From Octopus sinensis (Eukaryota): a stretch of DNA of 64,000 nt. The stretch's first letter is position 1; every line of letters begins with the position of its first letter. The notes under the pieces are model-generated. The model did no database searches, was not told the DNA's origin, and saw only the letters and a program-made list of their open reading frames with translations. The translations under genes were made by a program, and so were the position numbers. Shown here in pieces: positions 14,295-26,940 of the stretch. Location of the stretch: NCBI RefSeq assembly GCF_006345805.1, contig NW_021832224.1:310001-374000 (forward strand), read 5' to 3'.

Positions 14295-14983
14295 ATGGGT
14301 GATGCTGGCTTTTTTAAAGTGAAATATATTAATTATAACCATCCAGGGGACAAATATTGAACAAGATGGACGATTTTGCGATAAAAGAAAGAAACTTTTA
14401 AAGACAATGCAATTCCCATCAAATATAGACCGTAAAGTAACGACAGATCAACTAATCCTGCAGATTGACATGTCGTGCATTAAATTAGACACAATTAAAC
14501 CATGGATTACCAAGAGAATAACAGAAATTCTTGGAATGGAAGATGATGTTGTTATATGCTTTATTTGTAATCTGCTTGACGAGAAGAATGTGGACCCTCG
14601 GGAGATCCAAATCAGCATAACTGGGTTCTTAAATCACAGAAATGCTCGTCTCTTCATCGAGGAGTTGTGGGATCTGTTGATAAGTGCAATGGACAACAAC
14701 ACGGGCATTCCGACTAAGATTCTGGAAGAAAAAAAATTCGAGATTGCACAAAGAATGGAAAAAGGGGAAGAAAAAAAGGTTTTTTTTAATTTTATTATGG
14801 AATAGAAGAGGTCCCCTATCCGATCGAGGAAGCGATCCAGAAGTAGGTCTCGGAGTAGATCACGGAGGAGGGAACATGTGGGTGTTGTGTCATTGTATGT
14901 TTAGAGTCGCAAGAGATATTCTCGCAGAGTATGACTGGGAGTTATATTTGTAGACAAGTCGGCGAAAAGATTACAAATATTGA
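14295..14983 (+). CDS. SRRM1: SRRM1/SRm160-like PWI-domain splicing factor, miniature (184 aa), 5 introns
   Basis: MGDAGFFKGTNIEQDGRF, IKPWITKRITEILGMEDDVV, ITGFLNHRNARLFIEELWDLL, then RSRSRSRSR; introns 28,27,27,27,25 nt. Confidence 0.9.
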
Positions 14984-15259
14984 TCTTAAATGTTCTTGTC
15001 TCTCTTATATATATCTTTTATTGAAACAATTGTTGATAAATCTTATTATTTTAAGCCATTTAAAATAATATCTTTTTGTTTCGTGTATATCAGACAGTAA
15101 TAATTTTTATATCAAATTGTATAAAACATGTCTATGAGTTTGAAATAAGTCGTTCAGACAGTCACTGTAGTATTATAGGTATAGAATGGCGAGTATTTCG
15201 AAAAACAGTTGTATTTCATGATGACATATTGAAATATCAAATCCATTCAAACATTCAGA

Positions 15260-16561
15260 ATTTCCGACTTCATTGGCCGGATTATCCAAAATTATTGGTT
15301 TGCGGGCCGGATAATTTTTTTTATCTATTTAAGGTTAATATTAATTAATTGAATAAAACTTTATTTAACCAAACAACGAGTAATGATTGTTATTCATGTT
15401 TTTCATTTTTAAAAATAACTTTTCGCAAACAAAAGTACTTTGAAATAAAGATATCATTTTCTTGGAATGGTTTACTAACAGCCGAATTTTCCACACGGTT
15501 GAAAATATTTCTCATAAAATTGCACAATTTTACAAGGATTTGAATAAAAAATCGTTTTAAGAACATGATCAGACTGCAAATCTATAAGTTCCAATTGATA
15601 GATTTCATTCGCTGAATTGATTTCTACATCGAAAGGTATAGAAAACATCTTAAATTCGTCCGAATGAGTCCAAAAATCAAGATGAAAATTGGGATTTCAA
15701 TTCGATAGGGACATCTAAAAAATTTTGAATTTGCGAAATGAATGAAGTTTCGATTTTCGAATTGACAAATCCACAAATTAATCTTATTTTCAAATGCAAT
15801 AATGTGAGAATATAATTTATATATCAGCATATTTTTTCCTTGTAAATTCAAATTCAGATCATTAAGACGAGAAGTATTGTCAACCAGAAATGCAAATTTT
15901 GCAAGCCATTCAGGATCACGAAAGTATGAAGCATCAAAATTTTTTACTTTCAAGGAATAATCATACTTCATTATGCACTGAAAACAATCGTTTCAACATC
16001 GACCCCCAGCTTAGCCATCTAACATTTGAAAAATACGTTAGATCTCCGCCATTAGAAAAATGTTTCATTTTTTGGCGACGAGTAATGAAATTTCATCGCT
16101 TTCACGACCAAAAGAATGAATTAGGGCAGAACTTTTTTAAAAAAATGAAGTTTGACTTTTAAACTTGCTTTAGATTTTTTAACATCATTAATTCTTTCTT
16201 GGTCCGTAAATTTAGAAAAAAATTCTGAATGAAATGATTCATAATGTCTCCGAATGTTTGAAATTTTATTGACAGTGATTCTGTAAAAACAAATCATGAA
16301 ACAGGATTCCCATTATGTTCAACAAAGAAATAACGAGGGTCCAAGAATCATTGAAAATTTGACAATCGCTGTCGACTTTACGCATTTTAGAAATATTTTG
16401 CTTCATTAATGAATACACAATCAACAAAATGACAAAGTATTAGCGTGAATCAAATGTTAATTCATTAAGCATAAATACAAATTAAATATTTTATCTAAAT
16501 AATTTATTTTATCGGTAATATATAAAAATCTATACGCAGGCCGCATTTTGCCGACCCCTGC
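15260..16561 (-). mobile_element. decayed hAT transposon (SPIN/GTF2IRD2-like)
   Basis: WLAKFAFLVDNTSRLNDLNLNLQGKN..IYKLYSHIIAFENKINLW; terminal GCCGACCCCTG (rc CAGGGGTCGGC) at 16551-16561; flanked by ~80-bp direct repeats at 15175-15255 and 16571-16652. Confidence 0.75.
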
Positions 16562-17649
16562 TATAGTCTAATAGGTATAGAATGGCGATTATTTCGAAAA
16601 ACAGTTGTATTTCTTGATAACATAATGAAATATAAAATTCATTTAAACATTCGTTTGAACTGTACCAAATGTTTATAGTAAAAAAAGAAGTTTCAACACA
16701 TTGGATTGTTCGAATTATAAAAGATCCCAAAGCGGTTTTCTTCTATACTGACATATCTTGCAATGTCTGAAGTGTTGAGTATAATTCTATTGTGTGGTTA
16801 ATAAAATTATAAATTAAACAAAATTTCACTTTTTAAATTTAATAAATCAGTTGTGGAGTTATTATTGGCTTCTATTATAAAAATAATTCTTCACTTTAAA
16901 TTGATTGTTTTGATTTAAATAAATCATTTTTAAAATTGATACTAACATTTTGTGATCTGTTTTCCTTAATTTATACCAAATTATATCTACATTGAAAGTC
17001 CGTGAAGTTTCAATTATTGAGACGTCTGAATCGTCCATTAAAGGTGCCCGATCATTTAGGAGTCGAGATCTAATTATCTGAGACGGGAGTGGGAAGTGAT
17101 TTGTTAACAGATTGTTACATTTTTAAAAGTAGAGATTTTTTAATAAAAATCCGATTCAATATGTGATAGTTGAGATTTCCAGAAATTTAAAAACTATAAT
17201 GATAAAAGTTCTAGATACAACAGTTAAACTTTGGAAAAAACTCTCAATTAATTTACTGAAAGATTCGTCTTTCTTAGTAAAATAATGAATGAAAAAATTT
17301 GGATTTGTCAAATCAACAATGTAATTGCCCAAGATAGCTTTTGCTAGTTAGATTTTTTAGAGTAATATAAATTTTTGTGTTTCAATTTCTCTCGATATTT
17401 TTATCTTCGAATCAATAATAAAATATAATTATTTAATATGTGAGATAAACGGATGAATACGGATGAACAACCGGTTACATTTTATTTTGAAAAATTTCAA
17501 TTTTACCTTGAACAAATCTTAATAAAAATAATATTTTTTTGTCTTGTCATACGCCTCCTCTAGCTTATGCTCATTAAATAAAAATGCTTTGTTTACCTCG
17601 ACTCGATTATTTAATAAAATTGTAATTATTTCAGCAGCTGGATAGAATA

Positions 17650-18400
17650 AAGACTCAAATTTATCCAACCGCAACGAAGGGTTCATTTTACAATCTTTTT
17701 TAACTTGAACCTATCTAAATTTTTATGTATATTTTATCTCTGACGGCAAATTCGTATCTCAATCAATCAGGCTGTAGAGAGAGCAAAATGTGGCTCAGAG
17801 AGCAGCAGAGGCAAGTTCACATTTTCTGCCGTTTAAAGATAAGGCAATCTTGAAAAACCCAGAAATGATTCTGTTAATGTCATCCATTAAGATCTCTGTG
17901 AGTATTCAATCGTTACGTCATCTAGGTACCAGAAATTAACGTCGGACCAAAGGTTAGGTGCAATATGGTCAACAGAGAAGGGAAACAGCAGCAACCCCCG
18001 TAGGTCACCTGCTGAATACACATTCAAACATGATAATTAGAAGATTCGAAAATTAGGGGAAGAAAAACAAGTAACTAATTAGCAGAAGAAGATAAGATGG
18101 AATGGCAATTCCCACGCATGATGACTATGGATATGCATTGGAAAAGCCATGTCCGTTCTCGATGATCGTTTCTTTTTCTGCTTTCCAGGTCCCCCAATTT
18201 AATAAGGAATTTTTTAGTTATGGGACCCAAGACTCCCAACGTCTCCACTGCGATCGGGGCAAACGGTGCGATAATGCACTGTATTTCTTGATTTTTAGCG
18301 TTTCTTTCAGGTTAGCTGCAAAGCCCGGCTCTGCGGCTGACGTAAAGATGTTTCCGAAGGAGGTGTCCGTACAAATAATTTAGACGTAAATCAGAAAGCA
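17650..18400 (-). mobile_element. degenerate CRE-like element remnant
   Basis: Minus-strand NFWYLDDVT and AVETLGVLGP...WLFQCISIVIMRGNCHSI. Confidence 0.7.
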
Positions 18401-18559
18401 GCTTGAAGAGGAATACGCCAATTTTACAATTTGGAAGACCTCTGAAAATAGAACAAGGACCACTTCAAGCAAATGGTTCCGTCAAACACAGTTGAAACCA
18501 TTGATAACGTCCAGCTTAACTATGAACTTGCAGTTTTTAAGCCTTGAGTGGACAAGTTC

Positions 18560-18910
18560 CGTGCGCAAGAGTTTTGCATGCGCTTTTGAATTCCGTGCAT
18601 AGAAATGAGACGTTCAGGAAATGATTTCAAATGTTTGACGTTAAAAAGGGTCCGATGCAATATTAATGGAACGCTTCTGAAGCATTTATTCACCTTTATT
18701 GACAAACCGCTACTTTTAGCATCATTAAACTAGCAGATGAAGTTACAAATTCGAAGAAGCCTCATACTATTCCGGGAACTTTTATTAAACCGTATGCATT
18801 AGAAATTGTGAAAACAGTTCTGGGTCCAGACGCTTGACGAAAATTTTAACAGATTCTTTCGTCAAATAATTTTATCTGGGATAGAATTAATTATATCAGT
18901 GATATTTAGT
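18560..18910 (+). mobile_element. hAT (Buster/ZBED8-like) remnant
   Basis: KKPHTIPGTFIKPYALEIVKTVLG...ILSSNN, with stops. Confidence 0.6.
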
Positions 18911-19309
18911 GACATAGACAACTTTACATTTTTTGACTTCTTACTCAACCTCTTTTTACTCGTCGATCCCTTGATTTTTTTGACCCCCCTAATATTTAAT
19001 CGACCTCTTTAAAAAATTTTATATACATCAGACAATACTAAGTAATATTTTTATCTATCACAGACAATCCTAAGTAAAATTAGTAAACTGAATTCTAAAA
19101 TGAATTTATTATTAATAATCAAACAAAACTTAATGAAAAAACTCGATGTTAAATTAGTATTTTAGCATAAATCTATAATAAATAACAATTAAATACGAAT
19201 GGGACCCCTGTGACTGATGTTTTTTGACCAGAGTCGATATCTGGCTCTATTTGTGTTATTTTTTTAACGAATATCTCCTCTATCTATCTGTTTCGTTCTT
19301 TATTTACAA

Positions 19310-20820
19310 TTCGATGTAGAATGCTAAATCCACATTTAAAACAGTATGATGTCGGAAAATAAAGTAGAAATTGTGCTATTTCGTTCCACAATTTTGGATA
19401 AGTCTATTTTACTTTGATATTTTGCCAAAAAATAACTGACGTTTGTGAATCATCATAATATAGTTTTAATTCTGGATTGATATTTAAAGTAATTTTTCTT
19501 ATCCAAAAATAATTTGACTATAGAAAAAATAGAAAATCCAGTAGTATCAATATTAATGGTGAAAATTTAATAAGATTAATTTGACATATCCCATTAGAAT
19601 TGATTAGTTGTCACATTATACAAGAACAGAAATTAGCATTGTAACTTTTTTATTTTATTTTTTATTATTTAACCCAAGAATCACCAACAGTTAATTAGGG
19701 TAATTAATTAGGTGATTCCAACAATCCTCAAAATCTTTCTCAGCTTTTCCCGACGTTGGACTCTGGACCCAACGCAAATGCGGGACGGGCGGGGAACAGT
19801 TTTTGTGAGGAATTGAATGTGAGGTGATGTGCTTCTGGTTGTTAAGGTCTTTTGGCAGGCGGTCTTGTTGGATGGCTAAGAAACCCTTTCCATCTTTCTT
19901 AATAAGGTGGTTAAGCGAAGTTGGGGTAATGTTGTTCAATTTGGAAATTTTCGTTATGCTAGCCGCGACTCGGCATAGTGTAGTCTCAATTTTAAGGCGG
20001 TTAGATCATGAGAGATTATTACCCCATGCGGCGCAGGCATAGCCAATTGTCGATTCGATGAATTGTTTGTAGAGAGTGTGGAGAGCCGGGAACGGTGTCT
20101 TTAGTCCGCCAAATATCGATTTGATTAGTCAAATCTTTCTCTGACTGGATCCGATGGCCTTCTCCAAATTGGCAGTAAAACACATGTGGGTGTCAAAAGT
20201 GACCCCCAGAATTTTAGGGTTCTTCGTGAATGGGATCTTTTCGTTGTCCAGAAAAAGATCAACAGTACGGCTTCCAAGTCTCTTGTCCGACGTAAATAAG
20301 GTAGTGGACGATTTAATAAATGTATGGGAATAAAGTGTAATAATTTAAAAATCATACACATAAATGGAGGCCCTAAAGGACCATGAATTTATAGTCAAGA
20401 GAAAAATCAAACAATATACCAAATCCTAATAATCAAAAATATACATTGTATGATCAAATAAATCAAACGATATACTTTTTGCAAGTCACTGACTATACAG
20501 GAGACATCTCCCCTATAAAAACTAGATATGCTTCGTTTGGTGATATCTGTTTGGTCCACACATATGTTAAGCCAAATTTATAGCCCGGTAAGAACGAATG
20601 GTTTCCACTGCTGAGCAAGAACAAATGGTTCAGTTGGAAATGATTTCTAAATCCCTTATTGGCGATCAGTTTAAAATCTTCAAATATGTTTGGAGTGATT
20701 TCTGAATCGACAGGACAATGTCAACCTTTATTCCTTCGGTTTATTTTTTTGAATGTACATGGACCGGCACCGAGATCAAAGTCTGAGTTACCACCTGAAA
20801 TGCACTTGATATTTAAAACA
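19310..20820 (-). pseudogene. TOMM40: TOM40 decayed copy interrupted by a LINE
   Basis: 20490-20810: GPCTFKKINRRNK|24-nt intron|EITPNIFEDFKLIANKGFRNHFQLNH...YKFGLTYVWTKQISPNEAYLVFIGEMSP then TAG; no in-frame ATG; weak C-terminal traces (SQTSVIF, FKCGFS) at 19310-19460 are much less certain. Confidence 0.75.
19645..20310 (-). mobile_element. 5'-truncated LINE (jockey/I-like) with A-rich tail
   Basis: PKILGVTFDTHMCF, LYKQFIESTIGYACAAW; (TAAAAA)n-type tail at 19645-19670 on the minus strand. Confidence 0.8.
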
Positions 20821-22445
20821 TATAAATTATTAGTTTAAAAAAAATTGTTAGATAATAAAATACAATCTGTGCGCCTTTAGTAAGGCCTCCTCGATTTTTC
20901 TTTTGCAACGTAGGATATGAACAGTTCAAAATATTAGCTATAAATGCTCGAAAGCAACTGCCCATCTTACAGGAATGATTAAATAACAGTCAAACTAATA
21001 TTAAAAAACAGAATGTAATTGCGGGCAATACTAGTTGGTCGCCTGATACCAAATCCAACGGCAAAGTCCCGAAATTCCGCAGAATATCAACTATCACTGA
21101 CTCCTTGCATTCTCTCGATACCTCCACCAGCGGGGAGAGATTCTTGACGAGTCCACAACTCTATCAATGAGTCAAAAACACAAAACCTTCTCCCCGGGTG
21201 CGTCACATAAACAAATCAAGTGAAACTGGGTTCCGTGAATTGACTGTGGGGCAACTGCTTTCCATGTTTACTCAAACTATCGACTTAGGAAGGAGACTTG
21301 AAAGACAATTTTGGCGATGTATGTTATTGTAGCAATTAGTCGCGCCATATTTATGCAAATTCTGGTGTCCCACACGCAAAAAACCCCATTGTCTGCACCG
21401 CTCTTTTATTGTTTCCGTAAATGTGGCTGGCCGACGTGTAGTAGTTTCTTGTGTACGTAGACACCATCCATCACGTGTACTTGTCCCCGACTGCTCTCCC
21501 TAAAGTTCGACTGCCGAGATACACACTACATCGAGTGAGGGGAACAATTTTCGCATTTTCTGTCTACAAGTCGTAGTGAAGGAAGAACGTCGACCTCCCA
21601 GCATTGTGAACCACAACACACGATTATTTAATTATAAGTAATCATAAAGGAGTAATGGCGTCTGACCACTGCCAAGTTCAATTAATGACTATAAATGACA
21701 AGTCAGGTCGTTTTGAATCTTTTCTGGAAAGCGGCCGACCCGGATTAATCTTGCAGAGACATTGAAGTGGATATCATTTCAATAAATCATGCTGAATTCG
21801 CTTTTTTGTCGTAAAATTGTGATTTTAGTCCAGTTGCAATTTTGAGTTTAACTTTCTTATCTGCCAATGTTTGGAAACAGAATTAAAACAACAATAATAT
21901 ACTCAGATCAAGATGGACAGCCAAATCAAATAGGTAGCCGTCCGATAGACAGAATATCGTTCTTTTTATCACAGAAGGGACTTTCTCAATTGTAAGGAAG
22001 AGCTCTCAGGATACCCAAGAATAGATGACTTAAATGACAAAAAAGACGGCCATCCACACATATACCGGTCTCCTACCGGTAAATTGTATTTCCTTCCTGA
22101 ATTTTTTATAATCTGGAATTTTTGTATTGTGGAGTAACCATAGACGTAAATAAGACAAATAAATTCTACCAGGGCAAATCAAATGTGCTCACTACTCAAA
22201 GAATTGTCGAGAATACTCACATAGTAGAGCCCGAACAGAATTGATTATGCCATTCGACATTGCCAGCTCTCAAATTAGTCGAGAATAAGTTGATTGATGC
22301 TATGTGTACGAACTGTCATGTTGGCTGATATATTTTTATTTATTTGAATATTGGTAGTTTATTTAGACTTGTTTGAGTCAGTATAATCCTAAATAATTTT
22401 AGTTTACTAAAATAGAATCAGACTATAATATTGAGTTACTTTACA

Positions 22446-25400
22446 TGGGAACAATGTATATCATCCCAGTTCTTTTGAACTGAAGGGACGTCCGGGATTT
22501 TAAGCCCACGAGAAATCCACATGTTGACACCCGCCGTATATTCCAACAACTCGGGCTGTTCAGGGGAGGGGAAGAGAACAGAGTTGAAGGAACTAGCAGA
22601 GGCAGACAACGAGGAAAGGTAACATGGGAGGGATAAATCAGCACAAGAACGAATGCCGATGCCCCCGTAGCAAATAGGTAAATTAACCCGTCGCATGTCT
22701 GAAGGTTTGAATTTGATATTTACAAGAAGCTCAAGAGCTTTGGAGACCATGTTGTCGAGACGAGACAAGTGATTTTGTTCGAGAAAGCAGGGCGATGAGC
22801 GCATGAGATAAGTTAGCTTCGGTATAAAGAGATAGTTCTTGAGCAAGAAAAGGCCCAAATGGGATTCAAGTTTGGAAATGCGGGAGATTAGAGTTTCCAA
22901 TTCTTCGAACCTGTCACATAAAGCCTTCTTAGTAGCCTTGCTATTGATTGGGGAACCCAGAATGATAAGGTCATCAAGCTGGATGATGCCCAGGCCTTCA
23001 ATATGGTGAGATAAGGTGGAAAAAATAAGTTTGAATTCCGAAGGGCTCGCAGACAAGCATATCAGCTCGGATTTGGATCCATTCAAAGCGAGCCCAATGG
23101 AGGCAAAACCAGAAATAATTTTTTCTATATCATTCCTGACGGTCTCCAAGCTCCCGCCGAGAGTAACATCATCGAGGTACCAAATGTTTACCTCAGATGA
23201 CAATTGGTGGGCAATGTGATCAACACCGAGTGAGAATAAAAAAGGCCCAAGAGGGTCGCCTTATTGAATACCAGTTTTGGACATAATAACATTGTCGGCA
23301 AACAAGAGACAGCTGGGGGAGGCGTAAGACAGATGGACGATCGGGTATAAGGCAGGGAAACGACATCGGACATTTTCAAGGATATGATCGCGCCGAATCG
23401 AGTTGAACGCGTTGTTGACATCAATTTTAAGGAGGAATGGATTTCAATACATTTTGCAGAAGACAGCTGCCGTATGCCATGGGCGGCTGCTTCGCAGGCT
23501 CCTTTCACGCCCACGCCCAGTTGAATTGGCATAAGCTTAGCACTTGCTTCCAGAACCACTGATTGACAAATAATTTTAGCAGCAAGGCGTCTGAAGCTGT
23601 TGCCCACAGCGATAGGCCGTACACCACCATCACTTTTGTTAAGAGCAGTCAGATTTGCGGAAAAGAGTACGTCCCTAGTGAAAGGAGGGATCGTACCAGA
23701 GATGATTCTTGAGCAGAGGGAAGTGATGGCCAACAATAAGCATCTTCCACTCTCTGCAGTCACAGGGGAAATCAGATCTTTTATATGAATCGGTTTCAAG
23801 CCATCGATACCCCCACTGCTACTGAATGGGAAAGAGCTGAGGGCGGCAGTTACTTCCGTCGAAGAGACGGGATATATAGAACGGGAATCAGTGACAAGAT
23901 CTGGGATTTCGGATAGATCATCCGGGGCACCGGGGGTGTTTAGAGCGCAATTGGTCGAGGATTTTATCGGAAGATGGGGCAATTGTGGTGTTCAAGGAAA
24001 TGACACGTACTGCACTCCGAACGTCGCCTTGCATAAGCTTGCTGCAAACCATTCGAGAAATGTCCTGAGTGCTCCGAATTGGACGAGGGAGTCTTTCAGC
24101 AGCATGAAGGGAAAAATAGCTCATATCAAATTCTGAATTGTTGAAAAACTCGCAGTTTGTTTTAATTTGCTGCGAGACGGACAAGCGGTCACCACGAAGA
24201 GTGCCGTTTAAAGGGCTGCCCAGACAGACAGGGACAAATGAGAGAAACTTGAGCCAATCGCACCAAGAATTCGAGGCCAGAGCCCGCTCAATAGCCAGAA
24301 CTAGGGAATTAGCCACTTGGATCCTGGCCGATTTAGGAATGCGTGACGGGACAGACTTCGATTTCCGGAAACGAGACAAAAGTACAAGAAATTCACGAGC
24401 CGTGGAACAAGATCGGTCCTTAGGTATTTTGGGGAGAGTCGGGGCCCCGATGTACAGAGGAGTAGAAGAGCAGCGAAAACATTTCCAGTTTGCGATGCTT
24501 GCCGAGCTGATCTTCGATAAGCCGACACAGGAGAGGTGGAAGTAGAGTTGGCACGAAGAACAATACCTTCCTTTTTTCCGAGGACACGTAAGACTGCACT
24601 TGCTGCAGGAAGACATAGGATCAGACAAGATAAAGGAATAAACAGAGAATAATTATTAGATAGATGACAATTACAACATAGATTATTGAATAACAAATAA
24701 CAAATGAACAGAAAAAGTGCACCACACAACAACTGCAACGTTAAAATGTACTCGAAGATATCCGCCTACGTGCTGACCAATTTCAGTTGGCAAGCATCAT
24801 TGTGCCTGTCAACCCCACTCGGCCGATTGGCTTGACGCTTTGCCGATTTCCTCTGCTTGAATGTTGCTGGACGACGAATCTGTCCGCATCGGAATCTTTT
24901 ACGGCTCGGCATAGAGATTTGCCAGCCGCACCATTGCAGATGTGGACAACTCATTGACAGGAGAGGTTTACACCCTCTCTCTTGTCGCCTCAGTGCCGGC
25001 AGGATCCCAGGCACGCCTCATTGAATGACGTTGTGAAGCGCGCGCTTAACGCCGCTGGATTTCCCTCGATGTTGGAACCGATAGGACTAGACCGTGGAGA
25101 TGGAAAACGCCCTGACAGGTCGACCTTATTCCCGTTCAGGAAGGGAATGGCACTCGTGTGGGATGTTACCTGCGTAGACTCATTTTCCTCATCATCGTTG
25201 GTTGACTCCGCTTCTCGTCCTGGATCTGCATCTGCCCTTGCCAAATATAGGAAAACTGCAAAATATGCCTCTTTGACCGATACCTGCTGCTTCATTCCCC
25301 TGGCTTTCGAGACCAGTGGGGTAATCGGACCCAAAGCCCTCCAACTCCTCTCAGAGATTGGTTTATCATCTCGAGGAGGAGTCACGACAGTCGCGAAACG

Positions 25401-25522
25401 AGCTGGCTTTTTCAGCGGATATCGTTCGCGATATTACGCGGAAATTGCCTGTCCATCCGCTCGGCGACTCATCTAAATTAGTTAACTTCTCTATTTACTT
25501 GTTATTTTACCTTGAAAAAAAA
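22446..25522. mobile_element. full-length CRE-like REL retrotransposon (PHD-RT-CCHC-REL) with its 5' ~2.3 kb inverted
   Basis: Minus 24628-22446: PHD, GGIDGL, GVRPIAVG, QLGVG, NNAFNSI, QQGDPLGP, WYLDD; plus 24747-25480: CQPHSADWLDALP, CRCG..GLHPLSC, GKRPD, WDVTC, FETSG; poly(A) 25515-25523; TSD ACTTTACA at 22438-22445 and 25523-25530; several frameshifts and stops. Confidence 0.92.
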
Positions 25523-25612
25523 ACTTTACACATGAAACAGATAGCAAACAACACGATCTTGTTTTAAACTAAAGTTAAAAATGTAATTTTAGTATATTTT
25601 TAGATTCTAAAA

Positions 25613-26330
25613 CAGGGGTGTCAAACTCATTTTGCTTTGAGGGCCGCATTTATAATAATTTCTCATTAAAAGAAGATTAGTTCTGATATTTATTATGATG
25701 AATAACCAAAATAAGAGAAACTAAATTATTCAATTATCGCCCTTTAATTTTTGTAAAAGCTGCTTCCAGAGGATTGATATCTTTTTTTAGATACAATTTT
25801 TGATATGTCAGGCTGAGCTATTCGTGTAGTTCCGACTTTTATTAATGAGGATAAATATTCATCAGTTAGTCTTGTTCTTTGAGCAGTTTTTGTCATTTTC
25901 ATAAATGAAAAAAGCTGTTCACATACATATGTCGAACCAAACATGGCAATGATTTTTGTTGCAAACTTTTTAAAGTTTTTAAACTTTCCAGGAAGATATG
26001 AAAAGAAAGCAGGTATTCCAACCTCCAAATATTTAACTTTAAGTATAGAATCTGATTGGATTTCCAATAGTTCCATTTGTAAACTTTCATCTGCATTGGA
26101 AACATTAAAAGAGAATGGTGATGCGAATAATGAAAATTGTTGTTCAAAAGACGAAAAATCATTAAATCTTTCTTGAAATTCCTTTAACAACGATTCTAAT
26201 TGTCTTTCATACTGAGAAAAATTCATTTGAGGCAGATCGCAGGTTTGGACACTTTTACTAACTAAACACATTTGCACCAGTTGTTGATGACAGAATTATA
26301 TTTTTACATCGATTTCAACATTAAAAATTA
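25613..26330 (-). mobile_element. hAT (SPIN/GTF2IRD2-like) 3' half with one TIR
   Basis: CAGGGGTGTCAAAC TIR at 25613; ORF 25744-26277 with LQMELLEIQSD and MFGSTYVCEQLFSFMK..RTRLTD (hAT dimerisation domain). Confidence 0.88.
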
Positions 26331-26699
26331 TAATAAACAGTTCTCCTGAGATATTTTCTGGCCATGCAGATCTTCGTAAAGTCAGTTTTTTAGTTGAATC
26401 GGAAATCAAAGTACGAGGCTAGAATACAGCTAACAGTGTGAATAATAATAAGTTATAAAAAATTATCAGTTTCAGAATCAAAAATCATCATGGATCGAGT
26501 GGGTTCACCCTTTCGGGATCTCGAATCTGATATTTAATTTCATCATTACTGAACTATTAATATTTTTGTTTTAAATAATTTAGTACTACCTAAAACCTAA
26601 CAACAAAAAAAATGAACTTAACACGTGGATAATAATTTATTAAATAACTTATTATTATATAAAGTTAAAATATTATTTTATAACAGCTTCTACAATTAC

Positions 26700-26940
26700 T
26701 CTTATCGAGGTGGGGATCACTCTACAAAATTATCTCAAGCAGGTCGAAGTGGAAAACTTCCACAAATACGACTTGCTGGCAATGAACTGGGACCAATCTA
26801 CCAGGCGAAAGTAAAGATCGTCCCTGTCGACATGACCTGGGACGAAATAGTGTCAAAATTCTACAATAACCACCTGGCGGTGCTTGGTGTGGAGGACAGG
26901 GCAAAGGCATACATCCAGACAATTATAATATACAAATAGT
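26700..26940 (+). mobile_element. R4/Dong-like REL fragment
   Basis: IEVGITLQNYLKQVEVENFHKYDLL..KVKIVPVDMTWD..RAKAYIQTI across a frameshift. Confidence 0.78.

Noticed and set aside
20812-20824. TA transposon footprint destroying the TOM40 start codon
   Set aside because: Removing TA would restore ATG TTT AAT ATC, but many other mutations would do the same; unsupported
21000-22430. Possible piggyBac or other transposase remnant
   Set aside because: Only vague compositional hints; no catalytic motif or TTAA-bounded TIR found
23016-25385. Multiple long antisense ORFs overlapping the CRE element
   Set aside because: Expected shadow ORFs of GC-richer RT coding sequence; no motifs
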